DNA of 56,065 nucleotides, filler included, from Squatina squatina (GCA_031763465.1; 3 parts of 2 records of this genome joined end to end with filler, not necessarily neighbours in it); one strand, 5' to 3'; shown: positions 35,215 through 48,426, counted from the first letter of the whole stretch. Numbers and translations: made by a program. The notes: a model not told the origin generated them from the letters alone.

Positions 35215-35670
35215 CCCAATGATCCTAGGGTTTGGCGGGTTAAATTATGAGGGCAGGTTGCATAAACTTAGCGTATATTGCCTTGTGTATAAAAGATTGA
35301 GGGGCGATCTTGATCAAGGTGTTTAAAATGTTATAAGGATTCGATAGGGTAGATACAGAGAAACTGTTTCCATTGGTGGTGAAGTCAAGAACAAGGGGAC
35401 ATAATCTTAAAAAGAAGAGCCAGGCCAGTCTGGAGTGAAATCAGGAAACACTTTTTCCACACGCATGGTAGTGGAAATCTGGAACTCTCTTCCCCAAAAT
35501 GCTGTGGATTCTGGGGACAATTGGAGCTTTCAAGACCGAGATCGATAGATTTTAAGGGTATCCAGAGATTTGAAGAAAAGGTGGGTAAATGCAGTTGAGG
35601 TGCAGATCAACCATGATCTAACTGAATGGCAGAACAGTCTCGAAGGGCTGAATGGCCTTCTCCTGTTCCA
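35215..35670 (+). mobile_element. CR1 LINE 3' portion
   Basis: GLNYEGRLHKL...KRLRGDL; ends gaagggctgaatggccttctcctgttcc. Confidence 0.85.
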
Positions 35671-36270
35671 GTGTCCCCAGTGTGACTATCAAGCACTCTC
35701 AGGTTAGGCATTGTACACTTAGATACAGGGCAAAGCTTGCTCTACTCGACCCCAACAATATGATTCAGTCCCAATCCCAGACGAGTTGTTTTATTTTCTG
35801 ACATGAGGCCTCCCTGAGTGAGACTGCCAATTGAGTAACAATGTTTTTTTTTTAAAAACTTTTTATTTTTGTTCCAAATACATATATATATCATCTAAAC
35901 ACAGTACTGGCAAACCTCCCATATTATCAACCACGGTGAACCAGCGAATACACTGAAATGCGGTTTTTGAAGTCTGATGACTCAAGCATGACACTGACAG
36001 GAAGTGAGCCCGACGTGGTTCAGCAACTGAACAAGGTTCGGGCAGAAGTGTAATTTGCCTGTGTACTGCATCCCCTTCTGTACCTAAAAAAGCAAACACT
36101 TCAAGGCTTACAGTATCAAAAAGGGGAGTAAACGTTGTCGCCAAACACATTGAAGCTAATGATCACGGGATGTGGATTGCCCCATTTATCCCAACTATGT
36201 GGTAATAGTCCACTCGCTGGTTTTGCAGGCCCAGTTGGGAGAGAATTAGCGATGAGTATGGGTGATTCAC

Positions 36271-36390
36271 CTTTTCACCACCTGACCACGCTCCTGCTGT
36301 GGAGCTAGAACTAACCGAAGTGGGTGAGCTACACTCGCTAACCGACTGGCACGTCTCCGATGCCTCAGAGGAAGCTGAGCTTGACGACTT
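36271..36390 (-). CDS. MTSS1/MTSS2-family (I-BAR protein) serine-rich exon with two in-frame donors
   Basis: ggcag|AAG...; KSSSSASSEASETCQSVSECSSPTS|gttagt (ends 36316) or extended by VSSSSTAGAWSGGEK|gtgaat (ends 36271); near-identical to MTSS1/MTSS2 as I recall them; paralog not resolved. Confidence 0.85.
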
Positions 36391-36424
36391 CTGCCATGCA
36401 TCCAGGGTCAAAGGGCACGATAGG

Positions 36425-36750
36425 GAGCAATAAAAAGGGGGAGAGAGCAAGGGAAAGCAAGAGAGACAGAGGGAGAGGGAGGGAGAGTGTGCGAGAGAGA
36501 GAAAGAGGAAGGGGAGAGAGGGAGGGAGTGAGAGACAGACAAAGTGAGAAGAAAGTAGGAGAAAAAAAGAAAGAGAAGGAACGAGTGAAAGAGGGAAAGA
36601 AAAATAAAGAAAAGGAAGTTAAGAAAGAAACAGTGAAAGAAAGAGAGAGAGAATGTGGGAGCGAAAAAGAGGGGAGGGAGAGAGAGGGAAGGAAGGTAAG
36701 AAAGAGAGAATGGATGAGAGATATAGAGAAGGAAAGAAATGAAGAAGAAT
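36425..36750. repeat. Purine-rich (GA/AAG) low-complexity tract
   Basis: Almost purely A/G on the plus strand, directly upstream of the MTSS exon acceptor on the minus strand. Confidence 0.9.
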
Positions 36751-36757
36751 TATCCAA

Positions 36758-37010
36758 TTAGTCCCACTCCCCGCTCTTTCCCCAGAGCCCTGCAGTTTTT
36801 TCCTTTTCCAGTATTTCTCCAATTCCCTTTTGAAAGTTCCTATTGAATCTGCTCCCACCGCCCTTTCAAGCAGCACATTCCAGATCACAACAACTCGCTG
36901 GGGAAAATCATTCTCCTCATCTCCCCTCTGGGTCTTTCACCTTCAATCTGTGTCTCTCTGGTTTCCGACCTTCCCACCACTGGAAACAGTTTCTCCTTAT
37001 TTACTCCACA
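36758..37010 (-). mobile_element. CR1 LINE 3' fragment
   Basis: IWNVLLERAVGADSIGTFKRELEKY and EKLFPVVG motifs. Confidence 0.8.
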
Positions 37011-38221
37011 AAACCCCTCGTAGCCAGAGAACTTCGAGTGAGGTTGGCAGAGCCAAAGATTGGACAGTGCTGGAGCATTGTAAACTTCTGTGCGCCCACA
37101 TAGCGCCACCCCGGCCCATTAGAGCGCTGATTTGCTGCGATATCTGGAGCTGAGGGTCAGGTCCTTCCCTCCGTGTCCTGCTGCAGTGATGTGACGGGTG
37201 TGGGTTAGATTCTGCAGTGAGAGCAGCTTCCTCACCAGAGGCATTGACAGCACCCAGAGCTGCAGGTTCATTCACGACAACTGGCTCAGTATTCAGACCA
37301 GGTGAGAGATGAGGTCCCTGAGTGCCGCTCACGCTCTGAAGCTCCCGGAGCAATCCTCAGGCATCGGCAGAAACTCCGAAACCTTAGCACAGCAGACCCC
37401 AGATCAGCCAATCATGTCACCTCAAATTCCGGTGCAAATGATGCAGGTTTGAGAGGGATGGGTTTGGGGAATCACACCTTGGGGACAGGAAATGGGAGGA
37501 GTGTCACCCCCTGGTTCCCTTGTGTTTTGGTGTCTGATCATGGGGTTAGGGTTAGGTTCTTCTACATTGGCAATGGGGGTTCGTGTCCCAACCGCTCGCT
37601 GACCCATTACTCGTGGTATCCAGCGGCCTCTGGTGGTTCCAACTCCTCACTTCGTTCCTGCTTTAACGGTGGTTTTAGTCGTTTGCCCCGGACTCTCCGA
37701 GCTGCCGGGTACTTTGGGGAAATCATGGGGCAGTGAGTGAAAACCTATCTCAGCCAAATGGGCCAGTGAACAGAGAGATATCAGCTGGTGATATCGTGGC
37801 CATTCTGTACAGTCTCCACCAACCAGCCAGTGTCAGGCATGGGGCTGTGGTTGTTGCACAGTTTTTTAATTTGTATTATTCATGATTTTATTTTGGTTCT
37901 GGTTTGATATTTGTACATAATGTAATGTTTGTAAATGATTCATCCTAAAGCTGTTGAGACCGAGAGATAATCCTGGTGAGAAGAATAGTGTCAAATCCTG
38001 TGTAATATAACGTGTTGTGAAATCGGGATTGTGTGGAGCCTGTAACCGCTGACCGACATCTTCAATGACCCAGCTTCCTTTACCAATGTACTCCTGTACA
38101 CACTCACCCCTGTACACACTCNNNNNNNNNNNNNNNNNNNNNNNNNNNNNNNNNNNNNNNNNNNNNNNNNNNNNNNNNNNNNNNNNNNNNNNNNNNNNNN
38201 NNNNNNNNNNNNNNNNNNNNN

Positions 38222-38460
38222 CAGGAGTAAAATCAGGAAATACTTTTCACACTAAGGGTAATAAATCTGGAATTCTCTCCCCAAAAGGCTCTGGATGCTG
38301 GGGAACAATTGGAACTATCGGAACTGAGATTGATAGATTTTTGTTAGGTAAGGGTTTCAAGGGATATGGAGCAAAGGTGGGTAAATGAAGTACAGATCAG
38401 TCATGATCTAATGAAATGGCAGATAGAGTTGAGGGGCTGAATGGCCTCCTCCTGTTCCTT
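38222..38460 (+). mobile_element. CR1 LINE 3' end
   Basis: Collinear with 35430-35670; ends gaggggctgaatggcctcctcctgttcct. Confidence 0.8.
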
Positions 38461-38707
38461 CGCTGCAAAAATACTGGTGGAGATTCTCTGTTTAATTCAG
38501 CTCCCTTGGACCAGTCACTATTGACTCTGGAGCCAGGTCCTGGAGTCTGCTGGTGTGGATTCTTGTGTTTTCCCCCCTGCGGTGCTCCCCTGTTCCCTCT
38601 TCTCTGTCTACTCACGGTATTGGGGGGGCTGCAGTAATTAGTCTGTGTTTGCTGGATTGCTTTTGTGTTGTCCTAGTTGTAGCACCTGTAATTTATGTGT
38701 TGGGTGA

Positions 38708-38851
<144 letters not shown>

Positions 38852-39207
38852 TAATAAGTTGACTATTCCATTAAAAATGTTGCACATTTCTACTACGTTT
38901 CTGCCTGGCAGGGCATGGGTTGATCTTCAGATGACCCAGGACCCAGTCGCTGCCTGGCAGGGCGCGTGATGGTCTTTTATGGTGAGGTGTTGCTCCCGTG
39001 TCTGTCGGTGCTTGTGTTAGTGCTGCTTTTATAGAGTAGTTAATGTGTTAATGAGAGGCCCTGCCATGAGTGCCGAGTGCTATGATGCTGTATTCGGGGC
39101 AATTCCANNNNNNNNNNNNNNNNNNNNNNNNNNNNNNNNNNNNNNNNNNNNNNNNNNNNNNNNNNNNNNNNNNNNNNNNNNNNNNNNNNNNNNNNNNNNN
39201 NNNNNNN

Positions 39208-39274
39208 TCGGCCGACTCGGTTACGTGTGTCCCCAGGAAGTTGCGCCCATGCTACAGCAGTTCATCAGGCCATG
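39208..39274 (+). CDS. TNPO2: Transportin C-terminal-region exon (5' part lost in gap)
   Basis: GRLGYVCPQEVAPMLQQFIRPW with TG|gtgagt donor. Confidence 0.82.
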
Positions 39275-39473
39275 GTGAGTGTTTCTTTCCCTTTTCCTTC
39301 CCTCCTCCCTGTTTGGACCATTCAGTGCATGTAGTCCAGAGGTGAGGGGTGAGCCCTCTGGCATCGCACGTGAACTGCCCACTCTGACTCTCGGGAGCAG
39401 CCTGGGCCAACGCTGTATGCATGCTTCACTGAAACCCATACCCTGGTATGAGTCAAGAGCAGGCGGAGATTGA

Positions 39474-39656
<183 letters not shown>

Positions 39657-39786
39657 TGACTGGGCCGCACTGACCAGCACAGTTTTGGGTCTGTGCTGCA
39701 TGGGCTGGCCGCAGCCTTAGTGGCCATCGCCCTGGGAGCGCCAGCCAGTGTTGCTGCTCCTGATCACCGGATTGGGCAACTGGGAT

Positions 39787-39886
39787 NNNNNNNNNNNNNN
39801 NNNNNNNNNNNNNNNNNNNNNNNNNNNNNNTTAATTAATTAANNNNNNNNNNNNNNNNNNNNNNNNNNNNNNNNNNNNNNNNNNNN
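39787..39886. other. Artificial scaffold linker N44-TTAATTAATTAA-N44
   Basis: Six-frame stop linker at 39831-39842. Confidence 0.97.
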
Positions 39887-40060
39887 CTCCAGTCCTCTGG
39901 CACCACACCTGTAACCAGAGAGGATTGGAAAATGATGGTCAGAGCCTCTGCTATTTCCTCCATTGCTTCTTTTGACGACCTGGGATACGTTTGATCCAGG
40001 CCTGGTGATTTATCTACTTTCAAAGATGCTAAACCCCTTAATATTTCCTCACTCTGTTTG
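39887..40060 (-). mobile_element. CR1 LINE ORF2 fragment
   Basis: LKVDKSPGLDQTYPR...EIAEALTIIFQSSLVTGVVPEDW. Confidence 0.9.
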
Positions 40061-40579
40061 TCTTATTTAATATTTTACACTCCTCCTCCTTAACTATACT
40101 AGAGTGGAGCCTAATCTCTCAACCCCAAGTTAGATATTTAGTGGCCCAGCAATATCTTCACAATTCAAATCAAGTTGGCTTTTTACACTTTAGTTGTAGT
40201 TTTCAGAATTGGGCTAAATGGATTGGTATCGCCAAAGTTGCATCATATGATCAGTCCCACATATAATGCTTTAACATTGACTTAACATGATTTCTAAATC
40301 AGCTTTACTCCCAAACCTAAAATGGCTGATTATCTGGAAGTGATTAACTGTTGTAAGTCTGGCTCAGTCACTCAGATACTGCATGTATCATGCGATTAGT
40401 CACGATGCTAAGTTAAATATACAAGCATGCAGACAAGGTCTGGCTGAAAGATTCCGCTTAAAAACCCAATGCGTGTGCAGAATAAATGGCTGCTCCACTA
40501 TATCACTGAGCTCAAAACTAACCAAAAGCCGTTATGAACTTTTTGTTGTATCTTTAATTATCATTTTAAATGTATGTAA

Positions 40580-40781
<202 letters not shown>

Positions 40782-41074
40782 NNNNNNNNNNNNNNNNNNN
40801 NNNNNNNNNNNNNNNNNNNNNNNNNNNNNNNNNNNNNNNNNNNNNNNNNNNNNNNNNNNNNNNNNNNNNNNNNNNNNNNNNCCTGCAAAGCTGTCAGATT
40901 CTAATACCACTCTGAATTTCACCAGAAGTCAATGTTGTAGATGTGTTAAACTATTAACCTTATTCAAATTGCACAGACACTGATTCAGTACTTCAGTGTG
41001 CACGATAGCACTTTGCTGTGACAGTACTGATTAACACCGGAAGCCTTTAACACATTCTTACCTCCATATTTCAG

Positions 41075-41151
41075 GAAGCCTGTTAGATTTCCTAAAAGAC
41101 GGAGAAGGAAGAGTCTTGAAGTTGCCCAACCTAGTGGATATGGCAGCGCAG
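41075..41151 (+). CDS. FYN: Fyn exon
   Basis: tttcag|GA AGC...CAG|gtgagg, 77 nt; [25 protein letters not shown]. Confidence 0.94.
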
Positions 41152-41229
41152 GTGAGGAGTAAACCGAACTCCCAAACTATTTCTTCAATGGGCTTTTCCC
41201 ACAACTTCATTCAATAACTTTTTTTTTGA

Positions 41230-41484
<255 letters not shown>

Positions 41485-41696
41485 TAANNNNNNNNNNNNN
41501 NNNNNNNNNNNNNNNNNNNNNNNNNNNNNNNNNNNNNNNNNNNNNNNNNNNNNNNNNNNNNNNNNNNNNNNNNNNNNNNNNNNNNNNGAAATCCTTCCTC
41601 AGCCATGCTTTATTACACATAGCAATTGATAGTGTGCCTATATACTTCAATAATTAAAGTAAATAGTATTTTAACCACCCTCTCTGTCCCAATCAG

Positions 41697-41905
41697 GTAT
41701 GAATAATCGTGAAGTGTTGGAACAGGTGGAGCGTGGGTACAGGATGGCATCTCCACAGGATTGCCCCAGCTCCCTTCATGAGCTCATGATACAGTGTTGG
41801 AAGAAAGACCCAGAGGAGAGGCCTACCTTTGAGTATCTACAGGCCTTCCTGGAGGACTACTTCACTGCAACAGAGCCTCAGTATCAGCCAGGAGACAACC
41901 TGTGA
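41697..41905 (+). CDS. FYN: Fyn last coding exon
   Basis: atcag|GT ATG; [16 protein letters not shown]...[13 protein letters not shown] with the inhibitory tyrosine; FYN-TRAF3IP2-REV3L order as in human. The preceding AKFPIKW exon is missing in the gap. Confidence 0.95.
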
Positions 41906-43579
41906 TCGGCTGTGCTGTTTTTAAAAAAAAACTGCTCGTCTGTGGGTGCTCCTACCCTTTATCCATTGCCATTACAAGTTGCCCAGTTGGGTGATTTCCA
42001 GAGTCTGAATCGCCATTCTGCAGAAACTGGTATCTTCTAATATCATGCCCTAGCTCCCTTGCCGTGGAAAACCGGCTCCTTTCCTTCATCTTGAGACGCC
42101 ATGTTTAATTGAGGCTTTTTTTTGGGAAATGTCAGAATGTTAGTATTGTATAATAGTCATTGTTAAACTGATGGAGAGCCATCTCTAAAATGCTACTTAT
42201 CGCCCAAATATCGTCTTTTCCCCCCCTCCTGCCTGCCTGTCGGTTCAGCTGAGCTCTTCAATGTTAACAAAACCTGAGGGATTTCAAGTGGTCAAGTCCG
42301 GTCCCTATACCACGTTAAAAGCCAGTGGCATTGAGTGAATGTCTCCTTCCTTTACTGCAAGACCACCAATTTCTTTCTAAGGAGTTTTTGCATAAGCCTC
42401 CACAAACATCCGCAAATTTACAGTCGATGTTACTGCAGCTCGGCAGAGAAGAGGACGGTCGTTTGCAGCTGAAAATCTTGCAGAGGAATAAAACGGAGNN
42501 NNNNNNNNNNNNNNNNNNNNNNNNNNNNNNNNNNNNNNNNNNNNNNNNNNNNNNNNNNNNNNNNNNNNNNNNNNNNNNNNNNNNNNNNNNNNNNNNNNNN
42601 NNNNNNNNNNNNNNNNNNNNNNNNNNNNNNNNNNNNNNNNNNNNNNNNNNNNNNNNNNNNNNNNNNNNNNNNNNNNNNNNNNNNNNNNNNNNNNNNNNNN
42701 NNNNNNNNNNNNNNNNNNNNNNNNNNNNNNNNNNNNNNNNNNNNNNNNNNNNNNNNNNNNNNNNNNNNNNNNNNNNNNNNNNNNNNNNNNNNNNNNNNNN
42801 NNNNNNNNNNNNNNNNNNNNNNNNNNNNNNNNNNNNNNNNNNNNNNNNNNNNNNNNNNNNNNNNNNNNNNNNNNNNNNNNNNNNNNNNNNNNNNNNNNNN
42901 NNNNNNNNNNNNNNNNNNNNNNNNNNNNNNNNNNNNNNNNNNNNNNNNNNNNNNNNNNNNNNNNNNNNNNNNNNNNNNNNNNNNNNNNNNNNNNNNNNNN
43001 NNNNNNNNNNNNNNNNNNNNNNNNNNNNNNNNNNNNNNNNNNNNNNNNNNNNNNNNNNNNNNNNNNNNNNNNNNNNNNNNNNNNNNNNNNNNNNNNNNNN
43101 NNNNNNNNNNNNNNNNNNNNNNNNNNNNNNNNNNNNNNNNNNNNNNNNNNNNNNTAACTTCACTTGCTGATTTTTTTTTTTAATGCTTTTGTACACGTAA
43201 CTTTGACCAATGTGCAGTAATCAATTGCATTTCCAGATTGCTTCCTGTACAGCCAATGACATCCTAAAGGATTATTTTAAGAGAATTACTATGCACTCGA
43301 TAACTTTGATAGCAGATGCACAAATGTAGTAATGTGTTTTCGGATGTTACTACATTCCTTTAGTTGGCCGTGTGGTCCAAACTTTGGATTCTTGGTATTT
43401 GTACATTTTAACCAGATGATGCCTCTGCATTAATTTTATTTCTCCCTCCCAACTCACATTATGAATATAACATTTCAATTGTCATTAAATATACATTTTA
43501 CGGTTTCTGTACCAGTTGACATGTTTTACATAACTCTTCAATTTTCCTAATCCAGTTCGTGTCATTTTAAAACCTGTAT

Positions 43580-43585
43580 AATAAA
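43580..43585 (+). promoter_or_regulatory. Putative FYN polyadenylation signal
   Basis: AATAAA at the end of an AT-rich, repeat-free 3' UTR-like stretch. Confidence 0.45.
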
Positions 43586-44004
43586 GATCTTACCCAGGTC
43601 AGCTTACCTCTGGGATTATTTGTACTGTGTTCAAATTCAGCTGTACACAGGACAACAACAATTGCAAAACCTTAATTTGCAGGGAGAGGTTAACTTTTTT
43701 TTAACAGAAGCATGCTAATGTCTGATGATGGGAAAGGAGCTTTTTGATTGAGTGCAGTTGCCCAGCATAACTCTCATTTGCAGGAGTAAATTGTGCCTGC
43801 AACTGATGTGCAACTTACTTGAACAAGGTTTGAACTACGAATGCAAAATTCCAAGATTTCATTTGTATGCTCAGTATTGATCGCAAGCATCATTCACAGC
43901 TACTNNNNNNNNNNNNNNNNNNNNNNNNNNNNNNNNNNNNNNNNNNNNNNNNNNNNNNNNNNNNNNNNNNNNNNNNNNNNNNNNNNNNNNNNNNNNNNNN
44001 NNNN

Positions 44005-44425
44005 TTACTAAAATCCATGTAGACAACATCCACTGCACTACCCTCATCAATCCTCCTTGTCACTTCCTCAAAGAATTCAATGAAATTTGTAAGGCATGAC
44101 CTTCCCTTAACAAATCCATGCTGACTATCCCTGATTAATCCATGCAGTTTATCCTATCTCTCAGAATTGATTCTAATAATTTGCCCACCACCGATATAAG
44201 ACTGACCGGCCTATAATTGTTTGGTCTTTCCCTCATACCCTTTTTAAACGATGGTATCACATTTGCAGTCCTCCAATCCTAAGTACCTCGCCTGTATCTA
44301 GTGAGGATTGGAAAATGATCCTCAGAGCATTAACTATTTCCTCCCTGGCTTCCTTCAATAACCTGGGAAACAATCCATCCGGCCCTGGTGACTTATCAAC
44401 TTTCAAGGATTCCGTTCCCTCTAGT
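44005..44425 (-). mobile_element. CR1 LINE ORF2 fragment
   Basis: LKVDKSPGPDGLFPRLLKE...; NYRPVSL, SQHGFVKGRSCLTN and VDVVYMDF motifs, frameshifted. Confidence 0.9.
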
Positions 44426-45034
44426 ACCCTCACAAGCAATGCCGACAGGATGCATCTCTGCCTTCAGTCAGCACTGTGAGTAAACAATTTCAATCCATGC
44501 CAAGCTAGCAAATGAAGACAACAACCCAACTGAAGCAGATTTGGCTTCCTAATCGGTCGTGACCGTCTGAGGAAAATAATACAGCAAACTTCCTCTTTCT
44601 TCTCCAGGGGAGGTTGGCTCCTAAAGTGACACAATCAAGTTTACAAGACCTGATGGGTTTCATTTTTCGACAGTTAATATCGCATCCAACTGGGTGTTTG
44701 CTAAATTAAATTGCAAGACAAATTGAATAAGTAGTGAATACAGTGATCTCTTCAGAGAAATAACAATGATGCACAGTAGGTTGCCCACTCAAAATGGCTT
44801 CATATTCTAAATTAAAAACCAGAATTAAAGCCACGAAAATATGCTAAAAGCAGCATGTCAAATTTCATAATACAGCAGAGATGCAGCATCTACAGCACTG
44901 TAGACTTTCCGTGACTGTGGCACAGTTGGAGTTTCACCACCGCTATTTCCTGACTCACCAAGAAGTGAGCCTGTCACCATGGCAACAAATAATGCCAACA
45001 ACAGCAACCACTCACAATACATAGTATTTACAAC

Positions 45035-45339
45035 ACTGAAACAGGCCATTCAGCCCAACAGATCTATGCTGGTGTTTATGCTCCACGACCCTCCTCCCAC
45101 CCATCTTCATCTAACCCCATCAACATATCCTTCTATTCCTTTCTACCTCATACATTTATCTAGCTTTCCCTTAAATGCATCTATGCGAGTGGCCTCAACT
45201 TCTACATTCTAACCACTCTTTGGGTAAAGAAGTTTGTCCTGAATTCCATGTAGGATTTATTAGTGACCATCTTGTATTTATGGCCCCTAGTTCTGTTATC
45301 CCCCACAGTGGAAACATCTATTCTAACTCTACCCTATCA
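45035..45339 (-). mobile_element. CR1 LINE 3' end
   Basis: gaaacaggccattcagcccaac...ctatgctggtgtttatgctccacga end motif, also seen at about 6805-6870 and 46490-46560. Confidence 0.7.
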
Positions 45340-45451
45340 NNNNNNNNNNNNNNNNNNNNNNNNNNNNNNNNNNNNNNNNNNNNNNNNNNNNNNNNNNNNN
45401 NNNNNNNNNNNNNNNNNNNNNNNNNNNNNNNNNNNNNNNTTTTGTTTTCAG

Positions 45452-46402
45452 CAAGACCATTCCCCCACAGCAGGCCCGAGGAGGTGGATGAGAATCTGCA
45501 TTGCTGGCTCCAGTCTGCAGATTCACAAGGCAACTGTATTGGTGAGAAGCTGGAGCCGTACAGTCAGCACATCAATGGAGGAAAGGCTGAAGCCAGGCAC
45601 TGCTACTCTGCACCACCTCAGCACCCGCTTGCATGCAAAATATCGGAGGGGAACGCAGCTCCTGCAATGGAGAAGCTGAGGCCAGCTTTCCAACCCCATC
45701 ATCCGTACCAGTCTCAGGCTGACCCATGGTTTCAGAAGCTGATTAGTAGCCGTAATCAGTACGATTCCTCGTGCATGGAAGCCGAGAGGAAGCCAAGGGA
45801 GGCACTGGAATGTGACTTCAAGGATTTTGCAATGGCGAATGAGCTTGACCAGTCTTCAGGATTTGGAAAGGGCACATCTTTCACCTCCTCCGATGCCAGC
45901 ATGTTCTTGGGAGCAATGGCCAACCAAAACCATTCAGGAAGGAAGGACGCGCGCAGCAGACCCGAGAACAGAGTGCAGGTGAAACCGGGCTTATTTCCAG
46001 GGTCTTTGGACTGGCGAACCTCCTCAGTTAATCTGGACCATTCACATGAAGCGGAGAAGGGTTTGCTCGATGCTTTTCAAGGTTTAACCAAAAATGCTGC
46101 CAGTAGTTCACGAACAAACACATCGGAGTGTCGGCCCCAATTAGAATTGCCCAGTAAAGACACTGGGTACGAATCCCAGGATGACATTGGAATCGGCCAG
46201 CTGGATCCTCCTGGACCACTGCTTTCTGGACTGAATGACCTAGAGCCTCCCGGCCCTTTGCGGTCCTGGGATTTTCCAGTGGGGGAGTCCCACATGTATC
46301 CAGTGTTTCCCTACCCGAATACACCAGCTTATCTTCCTCTGTACGCTTTTGGTATTTCACACTACAGAAACCAGCAGGCTTTTCAACAGCTGCAAATCCC
46401 AA
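45452..46402 (+). CDS. TRAF3IP2: Adapter protein CIKS/Act1, large N-terminal exon
   Basis: ttgttttcag|CA...CCA A|gtaagt, 951 nt open; SRPEEVDE (human SIPVEVDE) and LELPSKDTGYESQ...PPGPLRS (human LDLPTIDTGYDSQ...PRPLRS); lies between FYN and REV3L. Confidence 0.88.
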
Positions 46403-46635
46403 GTAAGTGAATACTTTTGCCTCGTTTAGAATTTAACTACAGGTGGAGTTATTAACAATTTTTCATTATAGAATTATATTGAATGTACAGCACAGAAACA
46501 GGCCATTCAGCCCAACTGTTCTGTTTCTGCTCTGCACGAGCCGCTTCCCGCCACTCCTAATCTAACTCTAGCACTATAAACTTCCACTCCTTCCTCTCGC
46601 TTCCCCCTAAATACTCTGCAATTAAATAAATTCAC

Positions 46636-47030
46636 AAGAAACTTACAGAAGGTTCACCAGACTGATTCCTGGGATGGCGGGATTGTCGTATGTGGAGATT
46701 GAGTAGACTAAGTCTGTATTCTCTAGAGTTTTCATAAAGGAAGACACTAATAACCTCCCAGAAATGTTTAGGGAACCTAGGGTCGAGTGAGACGGAGGAA
46801 CTGAAGGAAATCAGTATTAGTAGGGAAATCGATCGGATTGAAGGCTGAAAAATCCCCAGGGCCCGATAGTCAGCATCCCAGGGCACTTAAGGAAGTGGCC
46901 CTAGAAATAGTAGATGCATTGGTGGTCATTTTCCAACATTCTTTAGACTTTGTATCAGTTCCTACAGATTGGAGAGTAGCTAATGTAACCCCACTATTTA
47001 AAAAAGGAGGGAGAGAGAAAACAGGGAATT
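46636..47030 (+). mobile_element. CR1 LINE fragments
   Basis: RRFTRLIPGMAGLSY followed by LKAEKSPGPDSQHPRALKEVALEIVDAL...DWRVANVTPLFKKGGREKTGN. Confidence 0.9.
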
Positions 47031-47130
47031 NNNNNNNNNNNNNNNNNNNNNNNNNNNNNNNNNNNNNNNNNNNNNNNNNNNNNNNNNNNNNNNNNNNNNN
47101 NNNNNNNNNNNNNNNNNNNNNNNNNNNNNN

Positions 47131-47265
47131 TTGGTCATCTGCCCTAATTTCTCCTTATGTGGCTCGGTGTCAAATTTTGTTTTATAATACTCCTGTGAAG
47201 CGCCTTGGGATGTTTTACTACGTTAAAGGCGCTACAGAAAGACAAGTTGTTGTTGTTGTTGTTTT
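47131..47265 (+). mobile_element. L2 LINE 3' end with (GTT)n tail
   Basis: ctcctgtgaagcgccttgggatgttttactacgttaaaggcgcta...aagttgttgttgttg; reverse copy at 48817-48896. Confidence 0.8.
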
Positions 47266-47847
47266 TGTTGAATAGCTGCGTGAACATTTGCAGCGATAGA
47301 ACTTCTGTCTTAGCCCGATAATAGAAAAGTTATTGCTTTGCTCTTTTTGCTTACAGAGGGAAGTGATGATTGTAATAGCGATTAGTCCAAAGTACAAACA
47401 GGATATTGAGGGAACTAAATCGGAGCAGCTGAAGGATGAGCACAGCTTGCACACAAAATACATCCACAGAATGGTGAGAATAAGGGCCTTGAGCTCCTGG
47501 GTGTACAACTTATTCATTTATTGACTGTTAAACATGTACTCAGTAGTGATGGGAGATTTTAGGCCAAAGACTTGAGTTCTCTGTAAGCAGAGGCCTTCCA
47601 GGTAGGATCATATGTGCTAATACACTTTACATAAAGAAAGCCCAGATTACAGTCATCCACATCCTCAGGTCTGAGAACTAGACTACAGGCCTCAGGCCTC
47701 AGATAGGTGCGTTAATGACTTCCTTGGCAAAAGCTGGAAAGAAAAGGATTTTGAAATTCATAACCAACTCTAACATTCCCATCTTTGTTTTCAATGTTCT
47801 TTGTTTTCCTGAAGGCAGTAACCCCTGCCAGGGTATGGTTCCATGTG

Positions 47848-48045
47848 TACTATTTAAAAAAGGAGGCAGAGAGAAAACAGGGAATTACAGACCGGTTAGC
47901 CTAACATCAGTAGTGGGGAAAATGCTGGAGTCTGCTATAAAGGATGTGATAACAGAACACTTAGAAAACATCAACGGGATTAGACAAAGTCAGCATGGAT
48001 TTATGAAAGGGAAATCATGTTTGACAAACCTACTGGAGTTTTTTG
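47848..48045 (+). mobile_element. CR1 LINE RT fragment
   Basis: LFKKGGREKTGNYRPVSLTSVVGKMLES...QSQHGFMKGKSCLTNLLEFF. Confidence 0.93.
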
Positions 48046-48426
48046 NNNNNNNNNNNNNNNNNNNNNNNNNNNNNNNNNNNNNNNNNNNNNNNNNNNNNNN
48101 NNNNNNNNNNNNNNNNNNNNNNNNNNNNNNNNNNNNNNNNNNNNNATTCTATCTTTCTCCCCATAACAGTTTTGTGTAGAAATAATGAGCTTTGTATCTT
48201 GTCGATAAGTATTTCATTTTGAACATATTTGATATGCAGTAGCCAGGTTAAGCAATTTGCCCAAGCATCTTAATTTTGTGATGCATACAACTGAAGTACT
48301 GTGGCTAATTTTAAAACCTTGAATCCACACAGTTTTGTAACTTGGACCAATTGTGCATGTTCTGATTTAGAGGTGATGTCCAGTCACTGGATTTAGGACA
48401 AGAGTGCTGACTTTTCCCTTTTTTAG

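Noticed and set aside
36163-36270. Read-through of the MTSS exon to a stop (VNHPY...HIP*)
   Set aside because: Lies beyond a good donor; similarity to the other MTSS1 alternative exon is too weak to support
36360-36761. Charged E/R/K ORF and its hydrophobic antisense ORF
   Set aside because: Products of a GA-rich low-complexity tract
37099-37117. CTCF-like motif tagcgccacc
   Set aside because: Only half of the consensus matches
42315-43196. Long ORFs of 270-690 aa in the ORF track here and at 48802-52791
   Set aside because: They read through N gaps as X; only the sequenced sub-segments were evaluated. The 42315-43196 region is FYN 3' UTR plus gap
44858-45049. Signal-peptide-like ORF (WLLLLALFVAMVTG)
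   Set aside because: Starts within a CR1 end, short, no recognisable family or splice support
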